Shown piece by piece: positions 56,887 to 64,000 of a stretch of DNA of 64,000 nt. The notes under the pieces are model-generated. The model did not search any database. It saw nothing but the letters and a program-made list of their open reading frames with translations, and was not told where the DNA came from. The first letter of the stretch is position 1, and each line of letters begins with the position of its first letter. Made by a program: the position numbers and the translations under genes. This stretch comes from Minisyncoccota bacterium (GTDB taxonomy: Bacteria; Patescibacteriota; Minisyncoccia; Phycocordibacterales; UBA9973): NCBI GenBank assembly GCA_035994985.1, contig DASYKZ010000008.1:3643-67642 (forward strand). The letters run 5' to 3'.

Positions 56887-57666
56887 ATGTCAATTATAAT
56901 TAAAACACCAGAACAAATAGAAATACTGCGGGAGGGCGGCAGGTGCTTAGCGACCGTGCTGTATAAAGTGCGCGACATGATAGCAGTAGGGGTAACAACT
57001 AAAGATTTGGATGCCTATGCTGAAAAATTAATCCGTGAGATGGGCGACGAGCCGGCATTTCTACATTACCAACCGGAAGGAGCAAAAGTTCCATTTCCGG
57101 CGACCTTGTGCGTGTCTGTAAACTTTGAGGTCGTGCACGGTATTCCAAGCGCAAAGAGAATCCTAAAAGATGGCGATATTATTTCAATTGATTTGGGTAT
57201 AAAGCACAAAGGGCTTTTCACTGATATGGCACTCACTGTGGGGGTGGGCAAAGTCAGCAATGGGGACCAAAAACTCATGGAAACGACAGAAAAAGCCTTG
57301 AAAGTGGGCATAAGCGCTGCCCAAGGAGGCAACAGGACCGGAGATATAGGACATGCCATAGAGAGCTTTGTGCGCGGGAAAAAAGGCACTAAATATGGAA
57401 TTGTAGAGGTTCTCGCCGGTCACGGCGTCGGTGTAAAAATTCACGAAGACCCATTTATTCCGAACTTTGGAAAGGCCGGCACGGGAGCAAAGCTCGTTCC
57501 CGGTATGGTCATCGCCATAGAGCCGATGCTGAACAACGGCACCAAGCACGTCACGCTTGATAAAGATGGATATACATTTCACACAGATGACGGAAAGCGA
57601 AGCGCGCATTTCGAACATACCATTCTCATCACAGACGGCGAGCCAGAACTTTTAACTAAGATATAA
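56887..57666 (+). CDS. map: methionine aminopeptidase type I
   Basis: IKTPEQIEILREGG, metal ligands D..D..H..E..E pattern (DIISIDLG, HGVG, IEPM, FEHT). Confidence 0.9.
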   Translation: MSIIIKTPEQIEILREGGRCLATVLYKVRDMIAVGVTTKDLDAYAEKLIREMGDEPAFLHYQPEGAKVPFPATLCVSVNFEVVHGIPSAKRILKDGDIISIDLGIKHKGLFTDMALTVGVGKVSNGDQKLMETTEKALKVGISAAQGGNRTGDIGHAIESFVRGKKGTKYGIVEVLAGHGVGVKIHEDPFIPNFGKAGTGAKLVPGMVIAIEPMLNNGTKHVTLDKDGYTFHTDDGKRSAHFEHTILITDGEPELLTKI

Positions 57667-57674
57667 TATTTGAA

Positions 57675-59453
57675 ATGGTTAAATATTCAGCGGAAGAATT
57701 AAAGAATAATAAATATTCTTCATTTCAATTAATGAAGGACATTTCTCAAGTACTCAAACCATACAAGTGGCGTTTTATTTTTGCTTCTCTGGTTAGGTTG
57801 TCTGGCGATGTGGCATACCTCTATCCGGTTTTTGCTTTTGCCAGTATAATTACTTTTTTAACTACCTATAAATCCGGGGACTCCCTGAGGTATGTGTGGC
57901 TAGTACTAGCTCTGTCACTTCTCGCATATATTTTTAGAAACGTAAGCTTGTTTGTCGCTAAATATAACGGGTATTGGATTGCCGAAAAATTGTCCATAGA
58001 TTCGACCCTGAAAACTATGCAACATATGTTTCTTTTAGACATGGCTTGGCATGAGCGAGAAAACTCGGGCAATAAAATAAAAAGGATTCAAAATGCCGGA
58101 GACGGCTTGAATAAAATAATCAGGCTTTATTTTGATAATTTAATAGAAATTACTGTGAATTTAATCGCTATAAATATTATTATTGCGAGGTTTGATTTAA
58201 AAGTTTTAAGTATTTTGTTGGCTTTCATATTTACTTACTTTATAATTTCTTTTTTCTTTATAAGAAAAGCGGGGATGTCTTCTTATTTAGTAAATAAACA
58301 AGAAGAAAACATCAACGGACTTCTTTTTGAAGCAATAAATAACATACGTACCGTGAAGGTCATGTCCATGGCCCGGGCTTTATATGATGTTATTCTTATT
58401 GGCGCTGATGAGTTGATGGGGAGGATTAAGATAAGGATTATTTGGTTTCTATCTAGAAATAGTTTCTTGTCTATTTGGGCAGCTATATTCAGAGTCGGTA
58501 TTATCGGAGTTATAATTTACGGGATTACACAGGGGCATTTTGCTTTAGGTTTTTTGATTCTATTTAATGGCTATTTTTCCAGCCTTCGTGAATCTATCGA
58601 TGAACTGTCTACATCTACTCAGGACTTTGTGACTGCAAAATTCAGCATAGCCAGGATAAAAGAAATACTTAATGAACCTATAACTATCGATGACGAAAAT
58701 AATAAAATTTTGCTTAAAAAAGATTGGCAAAAAATTATAGTTGAAAATCTGTCGTTCTCATACGGAGAAAATGAGGTTCTGGATAATATTTCTTTTCAAA
58801 TAAACCGTGGAGAAAAAATCGGAATCGTAGGACTTTCCGGAGCGGGAAAATCAACTTTGTTTAAATTATTACTGAAAGAGCGTGAAGAATTTGAAGGTGA
58901 TATATTTTTTGATGACATTTCAATAAAACAAATACAGAAAAATGATTACTTCAAACAAGTATCCGTGGTATTGCAAGATACGGAAGTATTTAATTTTTCC
59001 CTGAGAGATAATATTACAGTTACTAACAATAAACAAAAGGAAAATGAAAGGTTATTGCATCAAGCACTCGATACTGCCCATATATCAGAATTTGTACATA
59101 AACTTCCTCAAGGACTAGATACTATTATTGGGGAAAAAGGGTTCAAGCTTTCCGGCGGAGAGCGGCAGAGGCTGGGTATTGCCCGGGCTATATTCAAAGA
59201 GCCCCAGATATTGCTCCTTGATGAAGCGACTTCTCATCTGGATATGGAATCAGAAGAAAAAATCAAAGATTCGTTGCATAAATTTTTTGAAAATGTCACC
59301 GCCGTTGTTATTGCCCACAGGCTGACAACCATAAAGGAAATGGATAAAATACTGGTGATTGAAGATGGAAAACTGATAGAATCTGGAAACTTTGATGAGC
59401 TGTATGCAAAGAAAGGTAGATTCTTTGAGCTTTGGGAAAAGCAAAAACTTTAA
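57675..59453 (+). CDS. ABC transporter permease/ATP-binding protein (type I exporter)
   Basis: 6 TM N-terminal domain; GLSGAGKST Walker A, LSGGERQRLGIARA signature, LLLDEATSHLD Walker B. Confidence 0.8.
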   Translation: MVKYSAEELKNNKYSSFQLMKDISQVLKPYKWRFIFASLVRLSGDVAYLYPVFAFASIITFLTTYKSGDSLRYVWLVLALSLLAYIFRNVSLFVAKYNGYWIAEKLSIDSTLKTMQHMFLLDMAWHERENSGNKIKRIQNAGDGLNKIIRLYFDNLIEITVNLIAINIIIARFDLKVLSILLAFIFTYFIISFFFIRKAGMSSYLVNKQEENINGLLFEAINNIRTVKVMSMARALYDVILIGADELMGRIKIRIIWFLSRNSFLSIWAAIFRVGIIGVIIYGITQGHFALGFLILFNGYFSSLRESIDELSTSTQDFVTAKFSIARIKEILNEPITIDDENNKILLKKDWQKIIVENLSFSYGENEVLDNISFQINRGEKIGIVGLSGAGKSTLFKLLLKEREEFEGDIFFDDISIKQIQKNDYFKQVSVVLQDTEVFNFSLRDNITVTNNKQKENERLLHQALDTAHISEFVHKLPQGLDTIIGEKGFKLSGGERQRLGIARAIFKEPQILLLDEATSHLDMESEEKIKDSLHKFFENVTAVVIAHRLTTIKEMDKILVIEDGKLIESGNFDELYAKKGRFFELWEKQKL

Positions 59454-59460
59454 TTTTATT

Positions 59461-59508
59461 GTATACCCCGTAGTAGAATTTTGTAAAAATTTCACTACGG
59501 GGTATACT
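59461..59508. repeat. extragenic palindromic element GTATACCCCGTAGTAGAATTTTG taaa AATTTCACTACGGGGTATAC, copy 2
   Basis: shares CCCCGTAGTAGA / TCACTACGGGG arms with 40492-40558. Confidence 0.6.
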
Positions 59509-59515
59509 TATATAA

Positions 59516-62296
59516 ATGGAACCGTCGTTTTTCAAGGAAATGCCAAAGTTCAAGTCTCCGGAAGAGGAGCTGGATTATTTGCGCGCACATGTGGCCAAGC
59601 GGGAAGCGGACCTGATTGACAAGGGGCATTTTGAACACGCGGGCGAGGATGCAGCCAAAGAAGTAGCCGGTGCATATAGAAACATTCCCATCGAACGTGC
59701 AGTCCATCCGGACAGTATTATAGAAAAGCATGACAGAGAAAATATAGTGCTCGCCCTCAAGCCCGAGCCGCACGACGTAGTGATGGAAGAGCTCCTTGGT
59801 ATCGTCCTCACCAAAGGCATCAGGAACGCGCTTGAAGTCGTCGAAGGTATGAACAGCCCGCATATTGACGATGATTTCCACAGGCTGCTCATCCAATATT
59901 TAAAAACCGGCCAAATCCAAGGACTACAGAATGACTTTAAAGAGGGTACGCCTCTATACAAGTCTCTCAATATGACCCTCTTTGAGATTACGCTTCCGCC
60001 GCCTACTGCTGAGGCTGACAAGTCAAAGGGATTCAAAGAATTCATCGGCGCCATGGAGCAGTTTTATGCCGGCATGCAGTCCATTTCCGCCGACAAATCC
60101 AACAAGGATGAAATTTATTTTACTTTGGAAGTAGCTCTCGGAAACCAGAGCGACCAAGTAGTGGTATACGCCGGCATACCAAACAAATATATTTCGCTTT
60201 TTGAAAAGCAGATCCTGGCTTTTTACCACGATGCGAAAGTCCACGAAATCACCGACGATTATAATATATTTAATGAAAATGGCGGTTCTGCCGGAGCCTA
60301 CGCTTCTTTTGCCGAGCGCGCGGTAATGCCTATCAAAACGTATGACAATATAGACCACGACCCCATGAATACTATTCTAAATGTCTTCTCCAAGCTAGAG
60401 ACAGAAGGAGAGGGGGCAGCCATCCAGCTCATCGTCGCCCCCGCGGGAGACAAGTTTATAAATGAATTTCATATGATTTTAGATGACGTGAAAGACGGCG
60501 TATCAGTGAAGCATGCTGCAGACAATTTCTATAAATTCAACAAAGCCTTTCTGAAAGTGGGCAAACATCTTATTTTTGGAAAGAATTCAAAAGAACCGGA
60601 AGGAAAAAATCAGGATAAATATATGAAAGGCCGGCGCGCGGTAGACGAGGGCGCCGCCGAGAAAATAGGCAATAAAATAAAATCGAGTATTATGAAGGCA
60701 AATATCCGCGTCATCTCATCCGGAGAAACAAAAGAGCGCGCAGAAGCTATTCTGAAAGAAATAGAATCCTCCTTTAATCAGTTTAGCGAGGCAGCCAGCA
60801 ATTCTTTCTTTTTTGAACAAATGCACGGAGCTGACCTCCGAAAACTTTTTCATGATTATTCATTCCGTTCTTTTTCCGGAGACAAGGTTTTGCCTATGAA
60901 CCTAAAAGAGCTGGCTTCTGTCTTTCACTTTCCGGTCGGCATCGGCAGCCAACCCCAGCTCAAGGAGGCCAAGGCCGGTATCGCCCCCGCACCACTTGAA
61001 ATGGGCAATCAAGGCATTACCCTCGGCATAAACAGCTACCGAGGTAAAGACACTGAAATAAAAATGGCACGGGAAGACCGGATGCGACACTTTTATGTTA
61101 TTGGTCAGACGGGTACAGGAAAGACCAATATAATGCTCAATATGATTACCCAGGACATCAAAAATGGCGATGGCTGCTGCTATATCGACCCGCACGGCAC
61201 AGACATCCAGACTATCCTGTCCCGCATACCAAAGGAGCGTATCGACGATGTTATTTATTTCGACCCGGCATATACTCCGCGTCCGATGGGTTTGAACATG
61301 CTGGAGTACGATTCAAACTATCCGGAACAAAAAACTTTCGTAGTGAATGAAATGATGGGAATTTTCAACAAGCTTTTCGATATGAAAGTGGGCGGAGGAG
61401 CTATGTTTGAACAGTATTTCCGAAATAGCGCCTTTCTGGTGATGGAAGACCCGGAGTCTGGCTCGACCCTGCTCGAGATTACGCGCGTGCTTGGCGACAA
61501 AGAATTTCGGGATATGAAGCTGGCCCGCTGTAAAAACCCGATTATCAAGCAATTCTGGGTGAATGCCGAGCAAACGACAGGAGACCAGAGCTTGGCAAAC
61601 TTTGTGCCGTATATTTCCTCAAAGTTCGACAACTTTATTTCAAACGATATCATGCGCCCAGTGGTGCTGCAGCAAAATTCTGTTTTCAATTTCAGGAAAA
61701 TCATGGATGAAAAAAAGATTCTTTTGGTCAATCTTTCCAAAGGGCGCCTGGGAGACATTAATGCGAACTTGATTGGCCTTGTGCTGGTGGGTAAAATCCA
61801 GATGGCGGCGCTTTCCCGAGTGGATATGTTTGGCAAGCCGATGAATGATTTTTATCTGTATATTGATGAATTCCAAAACGTCACTACGGACTCGATATCT
61901 TCTATTTTGTCTGAGGCCCGAAAATACCGTTTGTCGCTCAATATCGCCCATCAATATATTACCCAGCTCGAAGAGAAGATTAAAAACGCTGTTTTTGGAA
62001 ACGTAGGCTCTATGGCTGTCTTCCGTGTCGGCACCGAAGACGCAAACTTTTTGGAACCAAAATTCAAACCGCAGTTTACCGCTTCTGATATTACCAAGCT
62101 GGACAACTACAATGCATACATGAGCATGCTCGTAGCCGGCCAGCCGACCAAGCCTTTCAATCTAAAGACCTTGGCGCCGGAGAAAGGCAACCCGGATATA
62201 GTCGACAGCTTAAAAGAGCTCTCCTATATAAAATTCGGCCGTGACAGAGCTGAGGTGGAAGAGGAGATTATGGGCAGATATAAGACGATGGAATAA
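59516..62296 (+). CDS. HerA/DUF87-like (FtsK-HerA superfamily, VirB4-related) P-loop ATPase with ~480-aa N-terminal domain
   Basis: VIGQTGTGKTN Walker A, YIDPHGTD (HerA-type DPHGEY box), LYIDEFQNV Walker B, SEARKYRLSLNIAHQYITQL (RK..TQ box). Confidence 0.55.
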   Translation: MEPSFFKEMPKFKSPEEELDYLRAHVAKREADLIDKGHFEHAGEDAAKEVAGAYRNIPIERAVHPDSIIEKHDRENIVLALKPEPHDVVMEELLGIVLTKGIRNALEVVEGMNSPHIDDDFHRLLIQYLKTGQIQGLQNDFKEGTPLYKSLNMTLFEITLPPPTAEADKSKGFKEFIGAMEQFYAGMQSISADKSNKDEIYFTLEVALGNQSDQVVVYAGIPNKYISLFEKQILAFYHDAKVHEITDDYNIFNENGGSAGAYASFAERAVMPIKTYDNIDHDPMNTILNVFSKLETEGEGAAIQLIVAPAGDKFINEFHMILDDVKDGVSVKHAADNFYKFNKAFLKVGKHLIFGKNSKEPEGKNQDKYMKGRRAVDEGAAEKIGNKIKSSIMKANIRVISSGETKERAEAILKEIESSFNQFSEAASNSFFFEQMHGADLRKLFHDYSFRSFSGDKVLPMNLKELASVFHFPVGIGSQPQLKEAKAGIAPAPLEMGNQGITLGINSYRGKDTEIKMAREDRMRHFYVIGQTGTGKTNIMLNMITQDIKNGDGCCYIDPHGTDIQTILSRIPKERIDDVIYFDPAYTPRPMGLNMLEYDSNYPEQKTFVVNEMMGIFNKLFDMKVGGGAMFEQYFRNSAFLVMEDPESGSTLLEITRVLGDKEFRDMKLARCKNPIIKQFWVNAEQTTGDQSLANFVPYISSKFDNFISNDIMRPVVLQQNSVFNFRKIMDEKKILLVNLSKGRLGDINANLIGLVLVGKIQMAALSRVDMFGKPMNDFYLYIDEFQNVTTDSISSILSEARKYRLSLNIAHQYITQLEEKIKNAVFGNVGSMAVFRVGTEDANFLEPKFKPQFTASDITKLDNYNAYMSMLVAGQPTKPFNLKTLAPEKGNPDIVDSLKELSYIKFGRDRAEVEEEIMGRYKTME

Positions 62297-62305
62297 AATT
62301 CATAT

Positions 62306-62833
62306 ATGATAAAAGTTTTTACGGATGCACATAAACTGAGGGAAGAAATACAAAAGCAAGTAGATATAAAAACAGCTTTAACCAATGGATGCTTTGACGT
62401 TTTACATGAAGGACATGAAAAATACCTGAAAGATGCCAAATCTAGAGCGGATATTTTGATATTACTTTTACAATCTGACGAAATGATAAAACAAAGGAAA
62501 GGTGCAGGGCGACCAATATTTAACGTGAATGAGAGAATTAATCAACTTTCTGATATTGAAGGTTATAAAAATACTGTGGACTATATCTTGGTAGTAAATA
62601 ACGCAAAAGATTTGCATGCTTCAATAAATGAAATTCATCCAGATATTTTAATAGCATCAAAAGCAACCGAAAATGATGAGACTGGGCCAGAGACGATGAA
62701 AGAACTTTTTGATAAAAAGATGCAAGTCATTATACTTGAGCCTAAATCAAAAATTCATAGTTCGGATATTATACGTGAAAAAAGATTAAGGCCCATAAAA
62801 AATGCTTTAAAGAGTGAGATAAAATTAAAATAA
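62306..62833 (+). CDS. cytidylyltransferase-like nucleotidyltransferase (HxGH family)
   Basis: NGCFDVLHEGH matches (T/H)xGH nucleotidyltransferase motif as in TagD/RfaE domain II. Confidence 0.55.
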   Translation: MIKVFTDAHKLREEIQKQVDIKTALTNGCFDVLHEGHEKYLKDAKSRADILILLLQSDEMIKQRKGAGRPIFNVNERINQLSDIEGYKNTVDYILVVNNAKDLHASINEIHPDILIASKATENDETGPETMKELFDKKMQVIILEPKSKIHSSDIIREKRLRPIKNALKSEIKLK

Positions 62834-63408
62834 TGGAAGAATTTGAAATAAAATTTTTAGAAGTCGACGTTGCAGCTTCAGAAAAGAAACTTTTAGAGAT
62901 TGGCGCGGAGAAAATAGGGGAGTTCGATTATATTCGAACTATTTTTTATTTAACCAATGAACATGAAGACGACAGTAAGGGTTGGATAAGAGTACGTACC
63001 GACGGCAGAGAAACTACGCTTACATTTAAAAAAAATATTACACAAAAATCAGAAGACGGCTCTATGAAAAATGTCGGAATGAATGAAATCGAAGTCATAG
63101 TCGATGACTATGAAAAGACTTGTGAACTCATGAAGGCGATGGGGCTGATAGTAAATAAAACAGAAAAAAACAGGAGAATACGATATACAAAAGGAGATGT
63201 AGCCTTTGATATAGATTTTTGGCCGCAGTTGCCTCCATATTTGGAAATAGAGTCTGATTCTTATGAAAAAGTGAAAAACGCCGCGCGTGAGCTTGGCTTT
63301 CACTCGGAACAAGGAATGATAGGAACAGCCGGCAGCGTGTATAAAAAATATGGATTTAACGTGGATGACTATTCTTCGATAACTTTTGAAAGCATGATTA
63401 AACGTTAG
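62833..63408 (+). CDS. CYTH-domain (triphosphate tunnel metalloenzyme / class IV adenylyl cyclase-like) protein
   Basis: MEEFEIKFLEVD N-terminal ExExK motif, acidic/basic tunnel residues; stop/start overlap with upstream gene. Confidence 0.5.
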   Translation: MEEFEIKFLEVDVAASEKKLLEIGAEKIGEFDYIRTIFYLTNEHEDDSKGWIRVRTDGRETTLTFKKNITQKSEDGSMKNVGMNEIEVIVDDYEKTCELMKAMGLIVNKTEKNRRIRYTKGDVAFDIDFWPQLPPYLEIESDSYEKVKNAARELGFHSEQGMIGTAGSVYKKYGFNVDDYSSITFESMIKR

Positions 63409-63446
63409 ATTTTACAAAAGAATTTGTTTCTGCTATAATCCTTTTC

Positions 63447-63695
63447 ATGGAAAGTGCACCAAATATTACTGGAGTGGAAAGAACTAGCAAGGAAATTCAA
63501 GAATTTGAACAGAAGGCTATGAATATTTTAAATAGTGAAATTCTTGGAAATCTTATTACAACCTTTAATAAAATTCTTTCAGAAAAATCAAAAAAGTTTA
63601 GAGAAAGCGGAGGAGATTTAGATTCAACAACTGGACAATTACTAAATGAAATTCGCACTGAAATTAATGGCTCGAAATTTACCAAAATAAAATAA
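63447..63695 (+). CDS. hypothetical small protein
   Basis: 82 aa ORF. Confidence 0.3.
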   Translation: MESAPNITGVERTSKEIQEFEQKAMNILNSEILGNLITTFNKILSEKSKKFRESGGDLDSTTGQLLNEIRTEINGSKFTKIK

Positions 63696-63703
63696 ATCTA
63701 TTT

Positions 63704-64000
63704 ATGAAAAATCAACATGAAAGAACTTTAATCGTTTTTAAGCCTGATGCAGTAAGTCGTGGCATTGTGGGAGAAGTTTTAGCAAGGTTTGAAAAAGTTG
63801 GGCTAAAAATTGTCGGTACAAAAATGTTGCAGCCAAACACTGAATTTTTCCATAAGCATTATGAAGGCATAGGTACTATGATTACTCGCCATGGTCAAAA
63901 AATATTTGATACTACGGTTGCAATGATGCAGGGAGGTCCTGTAATAGCTGTGGTCCTCGAGGGCATAGACGGCGTAGCAGTAGTTCGTAAGATGGTAGGC
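63704..64000 (+). CDS. ndk: nucleoside diphosphate kinase (3'-truncated by window end)
   Basis: ERTLIVFKPDAVSRGIVGEVLARFEKVGLKIVGTKM. Confidence 0.85.
   Translation, partial: MKNQHERTLIVFKPDAVSRGIVGEVLARFEKVGLKIVGTKMLQPNTEFFHKHYEGIGTMITRHGQKIFDTTVAMMQGGPVIAVVLEGIDGVAVVRKMVG

Overview
This ~41% GC bacterial segment looks like a Candidate Phyla Radiation / Patescibacteria (Parcubacteria-like) genome. Dense housekeeping content: argS, ileS, glyQS, metG, recO, recA, ftsK, efp, ssb, rpsF-ssb-rpsR, rplJ-rplL, tatD, map, adk, ndk (partial) and secY. A 23S-5S rRNA unit has no 16S upstream. The 23S gene is interrupted three times: a helix-45 intervening sequence that itself carries a tRNA-Ala(GGC) plus a second tRNA-like gene, and two group I introns at classic LSU sites. 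Directly downstream sits a partial S10/spc ribosomal-protein cluster (rpsS through rplO, secY) that lacks L30 and is split by a small AT-rich ImmA/IrrE-peptidase cassette. Accessory content includes three paralogous secreted proteins built from a Cys-bracketed repeat plus a peptidoglycan-binding domain, and a secreted LCAT-like lipase and a metzincin. It also includes a DinJ/YafQ toxin-antitoxin pair, a PIF1-like helicase, and a HerA/DUF87-like ATPase next to a cytidylyltransferase-like and a CYTH protein. Several repeated non-coding elements are present. The most unusual single gene is ileS, which carries an in-frame insertion of a complete histidine-phosphatase (PGAM-like) domain. No CRISPR array, transposase or integrase is visible.
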